A stretch of DNA of 63,738 nt, filler included, from Octopus bimaculoides (GCF_001194135.2; 5 parts of 5 records of this genome joined end to end with filler, not necessarily neighbours in it), one strand, 5' to 3'; positions 23,920-37,311 are shown, counted from the first letter of the whole stretch. Numbers and translations are program-made. The notes: generated by a model from the letters alone, not told the origin.

Positions 23920-24560
23920 TATTTTCTAAAAATTCAAAAGATGTCAACTACAATATGGCTGGTACATAACAGTTTATTCAAAGTACGCGCCTTACGCTTC
24001 CATCAACGCCATCACTAGCTTGGGCATGGTGAGGCAAGGAAAGCGCTTGATGTCTTTCCCAACCGTGCCTCAGACCTAGTGATCTATGGGAGTAAACCGG
24101 GGGAATTAGAGGCCAGAAACTGATGGGAAGTGGTGGTGCTGAAATCGTAGAAATTCTCCGACAACCAGTTCTGTCTCTTTCTGAATGCATGGCGGAAAAC
24201 CGAGTCCTTCAGCCACATTTTTGTGGCCATCCGGCTGCAACGCTCTCCACCCAGGGATTGACCACATTCACCACCAGTTTCACAGTCTTCTAAATTAAGC
24301 GTATGGCCATGTTCAAAGATGTTGGATAAACTCCAGCGTGCGGACGAAGTCAGAACGCCTGCCGTGTCTCTTCTTGCTCGCTGCAGTTTCGGAATTTCCG
24401 TTGTAGTTGTCCATGTTACGTATTACAACCTTTACAGTGTTCACAGAGCACTGAGCAGTAGTCACGACGCTGGAATTTTGACATTTGGTACCAATCATCA
24501 TGATACGGGTAACTCTTTTCCAAAATTCAGATGACATTCCATCCTCCATGTCATATAACT
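23920..24560 (-). mobile_element. Internally deleted DD37D Tc1/mariner relic
   Basis: N-terminus SEFWKRVTRIMM...AQCSVNTVK...RRSDFVRTLEFIQHL joined to a catalytic-region relic (VVNPWVESVAAG, WLSENFYDF, FWPLIPP). Confidence 0.7.
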
Positions 24561-24665
24561 TTTTCTCGACTACATCTTTAATTGTTATACTCACAATATA
24601 TACGCCACTGAATCCAGGAAACCAGCCTAATAAGACTGCAGCTCTGGAAAGACCTCTGATCCTTT

Positions 24666-24722
<57 letters not shown>

Positions 24723-26363
24723 TTTGTATATGTATGCATGTGTGTATGTGAAATGTGTGTCTTTATGTGTATGAATACATATGTATGCCCACATACACTC
24801 AAGTGTAATATATTTAGTAGAATAGTTTTCTTTTGTTTTTCTTAAGATAGAATCATTGCTTTAAAGAGTAAGTGGAAAGCTCGGTGCTAGTTAAAATTTA
24901 ATGTTCTCTTCAGTATACACGAACATTTATTCATTCTTCTTTTTCTCCCATTATTTGTAGGAATCTTCATGGTAAGTATAGAATGGAGGTAAAAATCGTT
25001 ATGAAATTAAACATTATTTTCTTTTATCATGTACAGACGCGCTTTCGACATTGATTTATCTCATAGGTACAACTCACGGAAAAATTAGTAAATTTATGTC
25101 AAAACGTCTGTCTATAAATACCCATTAGCTGTTGATCGGTTATGTGACTTGGCTACATGGTAGAACAATTGTTTCAAAATCAATGTTACTTGGTATTTAC
25201 AAAACAGAACCACACGGTTTCAAATGAACTTTCACACTGAAAAACGTTTAAATTGTACCAAACTCGTACATCTTGTGGTAGAAAAGCATCTCTGATTATG
25301 TGACGAAAAATACAATACAAAGACGAGGTGAAAAATAAACACGGAGGTGGTATTAGTTTGACGCACAGGAAATGGGATAAAAAAGAAAGAAATGTTTTTA
25401 ATTTTTCGAGTATACACTCTTCCTCTAAAATTCAGGATAAAGATAGGAAGAAAAGAACGGAGAAGGAAAACCGGAGAATTTAAAATCGCATATGTATCCA
25501 ACCGCCACGGGAATGGTAGCGTGGTCGTTCGAGATGTGAGTGGCAAAGGGTACAACTGCATCATCTCTGATTATAAATCGATTTCATTTCATTTCAGTTC
25601 AACATCTATGTACATAATTTTGCAAAATTCAAACTTTTCTCGAAACGAAAAAGATACAAGAATTATTCTATTACGTGGTAAGAAGAGTAAAATGCTACGT
25701 CGTAAGAAGATACCATACACAATATTATTGATAGAAAAAAGTTTGGTTTTATACTGAATCGGGAAGGCAACATACGTTCTCATTTCAGATGCTAAACACT
25801 TTCGACTGTTCGTTAGTTAAGGGTCTGCTAACATGTTACATTAGTAGAAGTTAGTTTTATCCTTCCCAAGCGCACCGTCACCAATATGAATAAACTCCCT
25901 ACCTTGACAACCATGTGTGTATATGTGTTTGCGCGCGCGTGTGTGCACGTGTCTGTAAAGAAAATTTGGACGACGCCATTTTACAATCGGGCATGTATGG
26001 CAAACGAACTGCCAGCTAACTGCCTCAATATAAGGCTGTCCACCCGAACGAATCTTTTCTGGCCGATGAGATGATAACAAAATTCTTCGAAACAATAGAT
26101 ATGTTTAGTTTGAAATAATACTTGTTTTTCAATTCCGCCTCATTTCTATATCAAAGGCGGTTGGCATGGCTATAAAATCATTATGTGTAAATGTAAATGT
26201 ATATGTATATGTATATNNNNNNNNNNNNNNNNNNNNNNNNNNNNNNNNNNNNNNNNNNNNNNNNNNNNNNNNNNNNNNNNNNNNNNNNNNNNNNNNNNNN
26301 NNNNNNNNNNNNNNNNNNNNNNNNNNNNNNNNNNNNNNNNNNNNNNNNNNNNNNNNNNNNNNN

Positions 26364-26400
<37 letters not shown>

Positions 26401-26550
26401 GTGTGTATGTGTGTGCATGTATGTATACGTATACACATACACGCACACATACACACACGCATATATATATATATGCATATATGTAAGTATATACATACAT
26501 GTGTATGTATATATATATACACACACATATATATATTCACACACACACAC

Positions 26551-26593
<43 letters not shown>

Positions 26594-26673
26594 NNNNNNN
26601 NNNNNNNNNNNNNNNNNNNNNNNNNNNNNNNNNNNNNNNNNNNNNNNNNNNNNNNNNNNNNNNNNNNNNNNNN

Positions 26674-26725
<52 letters not shown>

Positions 26726-26844
26726 CGCGTATCTATATGTGAATTTTACTGGTGAACATAAAAGTCATCCATGTGCCAATAAATATATGTGAATTATTGA
26801 AGCTTCTGTTGGGATTTTCTATGATTTGTTCTCAGCCATAAAGA

Positions 26845-26873
26845 AAAATGGCGGATCGGTGTATGTCACGTGA
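26845..26873. promoter_or_regulatory. Candidate YY1-like motif plus CACGTG E-box
   Basis: AAAATGGCGG (26845-26854) and GTCACGTGA (26865-26873) in non-repetitive-looking sequence; motif match only. Confidence 0.2.
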
Positions 26874-27300
26874 GGTTTCTGAAAGAGTGATTCGGGTATT
26901 TGTGTTATTTCATTTGATAATAAACTTTCTATCATCCTTTGAATCGTTATTTAATAATAGCAATCAACCGCTCACCAAACGTTCGCTTACTTCGTCTCTC
27001 TTTTTCGGTTGTATTCTCATTGTATCTAGGAACAAGTTGAATCTTATTCTTCATTTTATATCATTGTCCATCTTAGCAAATAATAAAGCGGCTTTAACAA
27101 TACCTTAATTCGAATTAGAAATGTACACAAAGATTTGAGGGGAAAAGTTTGTTGTTTTACTTGTAAATAAATAAACTGTACAAAAAATAATACTAAATAA
27201 AAATTCAATGAAGGATATAAATAAAATAACCTGGTGATGTTGTTTTATTGGTGGTCGTAGTGGTAGTGGTTGTGGTGGTGGTGGGGGTGGTAGTAGTTGT

Positions 27301-27350
<50 letters not shown>

Positions 27351-28614
27351 TAGTAGTAGTAGTTGTTGTTATTCTTGGGAAACAACTCAATTTAAAGGAA
27401 TGTAAAAAGTGACAGCCCGAAAGAAGCGGTGTAATGAATGAACAAGAGAATATACATGCATGCATGCATACACATGTATGTATATATGTATGTATGTACA
27501 TACGTATGTATGTTTACATATATATATATANNNNNNNNNNNNNNNNNNNNNNNNNNNNNNNNNNNNNNNNNNNNNNNNNNNNNNNNNNNNNNNNNNNNNN
27601 NNNNNNNNNNNNNNNNNNNNNNNNNNNNNNNNNNNNNNNNNNNNNNNNNNNNNNNNNNNNNNNNNNNNNNNNNNNNNNNNNNNNNNNNNNNNNNNNNNNN
27701 NNNNNNNNNNNNNNNNNNNNNNNNNNNNNNNNNNNNNNNNNNNNNNNNNNNNNNNNNNNNNNNNNNNNNNNNNNNNNNNNNNNNNNNNNNNNNNNNNNNN
27801 NNNNNNNNNNNNNNNNNNNNNNNNNNNNNNNNNNNNNNNNNNNNNNNNNNNNNNNNNNNNNNNNNNNNNNNNNNNNNNNNNNNNNNNNNNNNAGAGAATA
27901 TACATGCATGCATGCATACACATGTATGTATATATGTATGTATATAGTAGAACGAAACCAGAAAGTAAGGGATGTGGTTGTGTTAAAGATTTATCGGAGA
28001 AGCAAGATCGAATTTAATATTGAACAGGAAATACATATATGTAGGAAAGAATCAGTCGTGATGTGAGAAGAATGACTGAAAGAAGGTCGAATTCAAAACG
28101 AAAAATCGAATAGTAGAGAAGAAAAATAAAACAAATACTTGGAACAAAAATTGTTCCTGTATTGCCTATTTTGTCTCGTTTTCTAATAACATTCACAGCA
28201 ACAATATCATCATCAACAACAACAATAATAATATAATTACAGCAACGCGATGAAGAATATTCTACTATACGTGCCATAATCCAAGAATTTTATTTACAAT
28301 GTTCCCTCATGAATATCGTTTCAGATCAATATCTCTTTAATATTTCGAGTAAATAAAAGGAACATCAGCAAATGTTCGTGTATTGATTGCTCCCGTGAGA
28401 AAAAAAATAGAGAAAAACAACAAAAAAAGCAACAAAATAACATAAGCACACATACGCATACACACATATCTATGCATCATGTATGTGTGCGTATTTCTAT
28501 GTNNNNNNNNNNNNNNNNNNNNNNNNNNNNNNNNNNNNNNNNNNNNNNNNNNNNNNNNNNNNNNNNNNNNNNNNNNNNNNNNNNNNNNNNNNNNNNNNNN
28601 NNATATAGGGATTG

Positions 28615-29445
28615 GACATTAAGCGTAAGCCAGTGTCAATGGTGGTTCCAGAAATTCCAAGCCGGAAGCTACAGCCTAGAAGACGAACCTCGTCATGGAA
28701 GGTCTGTAGAGCTCGACGAGGACGTCCTGCAAAGCCTGGTGGAGCAAAATCCCATCGTAACTGTTGAGGAACTAGCAGCAGAGAAGCTTGTATTTGGTCA
28801 TTCAACCATTCATTTACACCTGCGTGCCATCGGAAAAGTCAGCATTTTGGGTCAGTGTGTTCCTCACAAACTTGTCGAGTCTAATCGCAACAGAGAGTGA
28901 ATGTGTGCTCTTCTCTGCTGTCACGTCTTACGAACGAACGTTTTTTGACCGAATAGTGACTGGTGAGGAGATATGGATTCTCTATAAAAATGTCAAGTGC
29001 CGTAAACAGTGAGTAGAAAAAGGAGAAACACCGGCATCCCAAGCTAAAGGAGGCCTTCCCCCACGTAAGGTGTTGTTATCTGTTTGATGGGATATAAAAG
29101 GTTTAGTCCACTTTGCACTTTTAAAGCCAAATCAAACGATAACAAAGGTGATCTACTGCGAGCAACTTGAGCCTCTTAAGTTAGCGCTAGAAGAAAGACC
29201 ACCATCTTTGGTTTTAAGACGAAAAGTGTTCTTCCATCAGGATAATGCTCGGCCACATACAATGAGGATAACATTCCAAAGGCGGGAGCAGTTTGAATGG
29301 GAAACAATGTCCCACCCATCATATTCGCCGGACATTGCCCCCATCAGATTATCATTTATTCGGCAGTCTTCAAAATCATTTAGACGGAAAAAATATGAAT
29401 TGTGTAGATGAGGTCATAACAGTACTAGAGGAGTATTTGTGGGAG
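28615..29445 (+). mobile_element. mariner DD34D transposase pseudogene
   Basis: WFQKFQAGSYSLEDEPRHGR, QCVPHKL (WVPHEL), DRIVTGEEIWILYKN, HQDNARPHT...YSPDIAPSDYHLF with 34 residues between the last two Asp; several stops and frameshifts. Confidence 0.93.
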
Positions 29446-29449
29446 ATGC

Positions 29450-30215
29450 CAGAGAATTATTGCTGTCTGAGCCACCGGTAGACTGGCTAAAGTTAGTTGG
29501 ATTCTGTTGATGACAATGTTATAGGAATCGGAATCTTCAGGAGAAGTGTGACACTGGGGATGAGGTCAGGATCAGTGGTATTTAGTGACATATAATGTAT
29601 CGGGGGATAAACATGCTTAAATAGTTTAGTATTATTTAGTTTAAACGTATGAGTCACAACAATGGCATTTGCAAGTTTGAGGTTCCAGAGTAAGATAGTT
29701 CAACGTTATAGTTATTAAATATTTGATAATATTTGTGATGTGATGGTAAGTTGATTTTTAGAAGAGAGAAGAATATTTGGGGTAGACAAATTTTAACCTG
29801 GATATTATGTGGAAGATTATGCCAAGTTACTTCTGTATTTCTATTTTTTGTCTTAGCGTTTGTGCTGCTGTGTGTGTAGGCGCTGTTATTGCTACTAGAA
29901 TTTCTTGTAACAAAGATATAAGTTTCTGTGTCTAAAGTTTGGAATTTAGTGCTGACTAAATCCCAAGAGGATGCTTTTGAGTATCTAAGTGGAGAATATA
30001 TACATGCTGTTTTATCCGCACATTCACAATGTGAAAACCTAGTGTGTTTTTAGGACTTTGAGTTTGTTATATAAGTAATGTTCTTTTTATAGCCGTTTCT
30101 ATTGAGACCCTCATTGTAATAACAGGTTATGTTGTTTAAAAGTTCCCTATTTGCAGATAACTTTGATACTTGGATGAAAATTTACACTATATCTATCTGA
30201 ATCTACTCATCCGAG
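29450..30215 (-). mobile_element. Penelope-like element RT thumb/linker relic
   Basis: SKLSANRELLNNITCYYNEGLNRNGYKKNITY and KNRNTEVTWHNLPHNIQVKICLPQIFFSLLKINLPSHHKYYQIFNNYNVELSYSGTSNL. Confidence 0.8.
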
Positions 30216-30519
30216 ATTAATGATCAATTGAATAATGAAAACATACCTATGTCTTTCTAAGACAATTCTGGCTCATTATTTCACTTTAATGTCAGCAATC
30301 AAGTAGGCAGGGTAATCCTGGATTTGTGCGGTTGTTTGATTGGCCTCAGTTGGAGATTCTTCTCCACCAGGAAGACTGCTTCATTCATGCTATCACATAC
30401 TTTGTATACCATGTATACTTCTATCGCATTTCACCGTCTTTTCCTTTTCTTTCTCTTCGTCCTTTGTTTAAATCCCCACACAAATTGTTGACTATCCTTG
30501 TGATGTCCCTCTCATCTAT

Positions 30520-30874
30520 GCCCCTGTGGCATTATCATTATCACTATTATTATCATTATTATTACCATTATTATTATCGTTGTTGTCATCAGCATCATCA
30601 ACATCACCACTACCATAACCCCCCCCACCACCACCACCACGATAACGATGATGTTGATGATGATGACGATCATCGTTATCACCATCACCGCCATTATAAT
30701 CATTATCACTGTTATTATTAATTATCACTTTCTCTTTCTTTCTCTCTTTCTCCTTTCAAAGGTGTAATTTATAGCCAAAATTTTGAGTAAATTATTCATA
30801 ATTGAGAAAACACTTCCGTTGATTACATCAAAATCTACTTACAACAGCAACAAGAAAACTACTACTACTACTAT

Positions 30875-30916
<42 letters not shown>

Positions 30917-30917
30917 C

Positions 30918-30977
<60 letters not shown>

Positions 30978-31020
30978 GCCGCTGCTGCTGCTGCTGCTGC
31001 TACAATTTCAACAATAGCAA
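30520..31020. repeat. Compound trinucleotide arrays (CAT/TAT/CAC/TAC/TGC)
   Basis: Direct reading. Confidence 0.95.
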
Positions 31021-31489
31021 CAGAACAAAAGAATTAACAACAACAATAGCATCGACATGTGCAATATCATCAACATCATCGATTGTACACCATTCAATCG
31101 CACCAGTAACAATAACAACAGCAACAACATCAGCCTCGATATTAAAGCGATCGCTGTAAGTGCATCTACGAGACCGCTCCACCTGTTAAAAATAGCCATA
31201 AAATCTCCCTCAAATCTCATTATTCCGGCTTTTATATAGAAGACCACGTTTGTTGGCGGCGTACGTGTATGCTCTATAAGAATAAAATAAAGCATGATCT
31301 AGGGTGAAATGTCTTTTAATCATTGGTCTGCAAGATTAGGGCTGTCCTAGGGTTAAACAGCAGCTATAACAATGAATGTACGTGGCGAATCCTTAATAAC
31401 AGCAACGATGTTAACGACGTGCCTTTACCACACCTCATAGCGATAGCTACAGCATCGTCATTACTACCGCCACCAGCACCAGCACCATC

Positions 31490-32067
31490 ACACCACCATC
31501 ATCACCACCACCACCATCACCACCATCATCACCCGTCATCGTCTTCATCATCATCATCGTTGTCGTCGTCGTCGTCGCAGTCGAAGTTGTTGTAGTCCCC
31601 TGTTTTCGTAATTACTAACGTCGTCGTCCGTGTCATCGTCTTCCGTTTCGTCGGCTTCTGCGTCGTTATCACCAGCACCACCATCACCACCATCACCAGC
31701 ACNNNNNNNNNNNNNNNNNNNNNNNNNNNNNNNNNNNNNNNNNNNNNNNNNNNNNNNNNNNNNNNNNNNNNNNNNNNNNNNNNNNNNNNNNNNNNNNNNN
31801 NNNNNNNNNNNNNNNNNNNNNNNNNNNNNNNNNNNNNNNNNNNNNNNNNNNNNNNNNNNNNNNNNNNNNNNNNNNNNNNNNNNNNNNNNNNNNNNATCAT
31901 CATCATCATCATCCTCATCGTCATCATCCTCATCGTCGTCGTCGTCGTCGTCATCATCATCATCATCATCATCATAAACAACAACAACAACAAAAACAGC
32001 AATAACAACAGCAGCATCATCAACAGCAGAAATGGTAACAGCTATAACCACCGTAACAACCACGTTT

Positions 32068-32100
<33 letters not shown>

Positions 32101-32110
32101 GCAACAAAAG
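31490..32110. repeat. Compound (CAC/CAT/GTC/AAC)n arrays with gap
   Basis: Direct reading; a further (CAT)n array lies at about 32813-32952. Confidence 0.95.
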
Positions 32111-32249
32111 CAACAGCGGGGCCTCTGACGGTTTGTGAAGTTGAATGATAATATTCGATCAGCGTATCGTGTTTCTTTTATACATTTAATTGCTGTTGTT
32201 GTTGTTGTTATTGTTTTTATGCATTGTTGTTGTTATTGTGTGCGTGTGC

Positions 32250-32312
<63 letters not shown>

Positions 32313-32812
32313 TTTAATTTAATAACTACAAACCACGAAACAAAAGAACATTCATGAAAGAAAGTTTCTGCTTTTGCAGTGGAGGGGTTGGGCAGGCGGG
32401 CAGCGTTTTGGGGGTGAAGTGAATGGGTTTATGTTTATTTATTTATTTATTTTTTTGGCATTTGTAATATTTTTGAAACTATTTTCTTCTTTTTGCTTCT
32501 TTGTTATATTTGATTATGAATAATGCTGATAAAGTTTTGTTTTGTTTTTATTTTATTTTTGTATTCGTTTTGTTGTATTAGCAACACATTTTTGTATTTT
32601 TATTGCTGTTTTTTTTTGTTTAATTTATTTGTTTAATTATTGGCTTGTTGCTTTATTTCTTGCTTTTGCTTTATGTGTGTGTGTGTGTGTGTGTGTGATT
32701 TCGTTAATTATCGGCGCATTTGGTAATTTCACGAATATTTCCAGATCATAACGTTGAAACGATGTCTTTTTTAAAATTAATATTATTTACTGTTGCTCTT
32801 GATATAATTTTT

Positions 32813-32852
<40 letters not shown>

Positions 32853-32865
32853 CCATCACCATCAC

Positions 32866-32929
<64 letters not shown>

Positions 32930-33858
32930 TTCATCATCAACATCATCATCATTATTTTGTTTGACTCTACCTAAGGAAAAGGTTGGGCTGTTTGTGTTGG
33001 TGTACGTACGTACGTATGTATGTATGTATGTATGTATGCATGTATGTATGGATGTATGAATGCATGTGTGTATGTATGTGTGNNNNNNNNNNNNNNNNNN
33101 NNNNNNNNNNNNNNNNNNNNNNNNNNNNNNNNNNNNNNNNNNNNNNNNNNNNNNNNNNNNNNNNNNNNNNNNNNNNNNNNNNNNNNNNNNNNNNNNNNNN
33201 NNNNNNNNNNNNNNNNNNNNNNNNNNNNNNNNNNNNNNNNNNNNNNNNNNNNNNNNNNNNNNNNNNNNNNNNNNNNNNNNNNNNNNNNNNNNNNNNNNNN
33301 NNNNNNNNNNNNNNNNNNNNNNNNNNNNNNNNNNNNNNNNNNNNNNNNNNNNNNNNNNNNNNNNNNNNNNNNNNNNNNNNNNNNNNNNNNNNNNNNNNNN
33401 NNNNNNNNNNNNNNNNNNNNNNNNNNNNNNNNNNNNNNNNNNNNNNNNNNNNNNNNNNNNNNNNNNNNNNNNNNNNNNNNNNNNNNNNNNNNNNNNNNNN
33501 NNNNNNNNNNNNNNNNNNNNNNNNNNNNNNNNNNNNNNNNNNNNNNNNNNNNNNNNNNNNNNNNNNNNNNNNNNNNNNNNNNNNNNNNNNNNNNNNNNNN
33601 NNNNNNNNNNNNNNNNNNNNNNNNNNNNNNNNNNNNNNNNNNNNNNNNNNNNNNNNNNNNNNNNNNNNNNNNNNNNNNNNNNNNNNNNNNNNNNNNNNNN
33701 NNNNNNNNNNNNNNNNNNNNNNNNNNNNNNNNNNNNNNNNNNNNNNNNNNNNNNNNNNNNNNNNNNNNNNNNNNNNNNNNNNNNNNNNNNNNNNNNNNNN
33801 CTTATTGACTTTGATGAAAGCTTCGGATGTCAGCAACTGTTTGCCTACTCTCTTTCTG

Positions 33859-33929
<71 letters not shown>

Positions 33930-35357
33930 ATATAGTTTCATTTCTCTCTTTCATACACTACCTATCTATCTATCTATCTATCTATCGATCGATCGATCGG
34001 TCTATTTATCTACCTAACTAATTTTCTCCCCCCCCTCTCTCTCTCTCTCTTTTTTTTTTCTCTCTTTCTCTCTGATTCTTCTCCTTTCATCCACGCATAC
34101 TCTCACAAACACTTTGCTCCTTCTCTCTCCTCTATCTGTATTTCTTCTCATCTTTTCCTGCCTTACCTCTTTCCGTCTTTTACATCGTTTCTTCTATTAT
34201 AACATCATTATCTTATCCATCCTACATACACACTCCTTTCATGAATGACGACCAGTTGAGATGCTTCCAATTATCCTAATTTCTAAGCTAATGTATTTAT
34301 ATGTGGAATGTGTCGATGGCTTCACTTTTTTCATGCTATAAAACTATTTTGTCATTTTTTGATATTTATTGATAGACTGAGAGAGAGAGGGGGAGGGAGG
34401 GAGAGGGAGAGAGGAGGGAAAGAGAGAGAACGAGGAGGAGGAGTCTGTGCATGAGCAGATATTGTAGTGTGGAACGAAATATCTCACAACAATTTCGATT
34501 TGTCTTTCAGTGTTCTGGGTTCGTAACAGTTTAGGGGTTCCATTTTTGCATCTTATTCATGAGGTCGTGTCCTTGACAAAACGTGCAGAAATAACACAGC
34601 TTAAAATTGGGAATTAATTGGTTTTTAAAGAAAAGATGAAGTCTAACAATTCCAAATGTGTCCCTTTAGACAAGAAGTAATGAGAAAACGAGATACAGAT
34701 AGGTAGATAGATAGACAGATAGATACATAGATAGAGATAGTGAGAGAGGAGGGAGAGGAAGAGAGAGATGAGGGTGAGAGAAGTGCTAGAAAGAGACAAT
34801 TAAGAAGTAGAGGAGACAAGAATAAGGGACGGATATAATAGAAAATACTAAAGAATAAATGCGAGTCGGGTCACAGAGCGTTACGTCTTGGACAGAGGTC
34901 AAATATGAAAGTTAATAATCTTGGCTCCAGTCAAGCAAAAACATTTCCATTTCATAAGGAATTTTCTCATATTTAGTTCGAGGAAAGTATCACCGTCATT
35001 GTCATCATCATCGTTATCATCATCATAATCATCATCATCATCTTCATCATCAATATTATTATCATTATTATTGCACCTGTCAAAAGAAAAAGAAAAAAAG
35101 TAAAGGTAAAAGAGAGGGTTCTTGCCCTGTTGGTCAGGCAACCCGTAGATTTTGTGGGTTTCCCACGAGTAGCCTTTTAAAGCGCTCCCGCCATTGGGAG
35201 TTTCCTTTTTAGTATTATCGTTTGTGAGAGCAGTCGAGTTTATTTCAGATATTCTCATTGTAAAACTTATCTCTGGCTAATCGTTGAGAGGACGTTAGTG
35301 TTGCCTTGGCGGAGGTTTGCGCTCTCTGAGCGCTGTCATAATCATTATTATTATGAA

Positions 35358-35590
35358 GACGGCGAGCTGGCTGAATCATTAGCACGCTGGACGAAATGCT
35401 TAGCGGTTTTTTGCCCATCGCAACGTTCTGTGTTCAAATTCCAGCGAGGTCGACGCTGCCTTTCATCCTTTCGGTGGTGGTGGTGGTGGTGGGTCGATAA
35501 ACTAAGAACCAGTGGAGTACTGGGGTCGATGTAATCGACTAGTCCCCTCCCCCAAAATTTCAGACCTTGTGCCTTTAGTAGAAAAGATTA
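35358..35590 (+). mobile_element. SINE family D
   Basis: ggcgagctggctgaatcattagcac...gttcaaattcc (box-B-like)...gcctttcatcctttc...ccttgtgcctttagtagaaaagatta; homologous to 41186, 46905, 51955, 44820. Confidence 0.88.
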
Positions 35591-35599
35591 TTATTCATA

Positions 35600-35954
35600 T
35601 ACACTCAACAGATTAGACTGTCGAAAAAGAAAAGAATTCTAACATCGGGCTACAAGTAGCCTTAGATGCCAAGAACCCTCCTAAGTATCCTAGATGTCCC
35701 TAATAACACTGTCTTCTGCAGCTCTATTAAACTGGGTTTTGTGCATATTTCCTCTATCCATCTGTTCAGATCTTTAGGGATAGTTCTCAATACACCTATA
35801 AATACTGAGACACATTTTACCTGCACTTTCTATGGTCTCTGTAATTCAATAGCTAGGTCCTGGTACTTTACTATTTTTTCTATACTTCTCATATTAATTT
35901 TTTCAATATTTGGGACTGTAAAGTCAATTATCTGGCACTTTCTATTCTCTTTAT

Positions 35955-35988
<34 letters not shown>

Positions 35989-36012
35989 CACTACTACTAC
36001 TACTACTACTAT

Positions 36013-36071
<59 letters not shown>

Positions 36072-36696
36072 AATCAGACCTAGTTTCTATTACTCTGCCA
36101 GTCTGAATGTTAAAGTCCCACAACATCATCTTTCTCACTTTCTAGTACTTTACTAAGTTCATGTTCAAATCTTAGCTCTCTACAAATTTCCCAGTGGATT
36201 AATATCACCTGGTTGTCATGTCTTTTCTTGTATATTTTCTGTGCAAGTATGCTACCTTCACTTAATATATGAGTAACGCTTTCTTATTTTGATTTGCATA
36301 GACTACTTGCTTTTTGTCTATCTTGGATTTTATCCAATTAGTCCTTAACGCTTGATCTTATGTTGCTACTAACAAACACTCTGTCTCCCTCTTCAGCATT
36401 CCTTTCTGCAACTATAACCATGTCTCACTGCTACTATTTGCTGCAACTATGTTTGGGAACCTACCATGCAATGCTTTCTCCTGTCAGTCAGATAATTTCT
36501 GGGTTTTTTTCTGGTTTTTAACTCAGTTTGGGAAATTCCTCTTTTATATTAACATTCCCAAAGAGTGTGTCACTTGAGTAGAGATCTACTTTCCATTTCT
36601 TCATGCTAAAGCTAATTAATTCTCTTATGTTGTATGCTATACTGAATATTCAAACATTCAATTATCCATGCGTGTGGGATCATGTCATAGGCTTTC
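35600..36696 (-). mobile_element. R4/Dong-clade LINE, deleted copy with RLE C-terminus and 3' UTR
   Basis: RKAYDMIPHAWII (RT); WDFNIQTGRVIETRSDL(V)nDKENRKCQIIDFTVP...EKIVKYQDL (RLE); LQKTVLLGTSRILRRVLGI*. Confidence 0.88.
35955..36071. repeat. (CTA)n = (GTA)n expansion inside the RLE PD motif
   Basis: In-frame poly-Val between ...SDL and DKENRK. Confidence 0.92.
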
Positions 36697-36717
36697 CTAT
36701 CATCATCATCATCATCA

Positions 36718-36750
<33 letters not shown>

Positions 36751-36752
<2 letters not shown>

Positions 36753-37013
36753 TACTTTTAATCTGTATGTTTGTGACAGTGTCTTGCCGAGACGCACTCA
36801 GTGTTCTGGGGCGAGTTAAGGATAAGAGATGTTACAGAATGACTAAAAGCATGGGGGGGGGGGAAATAGCAAAATATCTTCATGTAATACAAAACAGACA
36901 TTTAAATCGATAGGGTTTTTCTAAAGATGTGAGCAGTACTTGTCAATACAATCTTTTGGATTTCTCTGAGACATGGTTCTCCTGGGATCTTATCTAGATG
37001 TTTCTGACATCCC
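36751..37013 (-). mobile_element. R4/Dong-clade 5'-truncated 3' end flanked by (TAA)n on both sides
   Basis: KHLDKIPGEPCLREIQKIVLTSTAHIFRKTLSI* then a 3' UTR running into (AAT)n. Confidence 0.85.

Positions 37014-37311
<298 letters not shown>

Noticed and set aside
25392-25757. 121-aa ORF in unique sequence
   Set aside because: No recognisable domain, AT-biased composition, no convincing splice context.
27445-27944. ~50-nt direct repeat on both sides of a gap
   Set aside because: Identical low-complexity contig ends; most likely an unmerged assembly overlap.
29450-30215. In-frame stops in PLE relics as possible selenocysteine recoding (known for some Naiad PLEs)
   Set aside because: Stops are a mix of TAA, TAG and TGA with frameshifts, and the domain order does not look like Naiad; ordinary decay.
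31323-31595. His/Ser/Pro-rich ORF resembling a transcription-factor low-complexity region
   Set aside because: Composition is fully explained by the microsatellite mosaic; no DNA-binding domain nearby.
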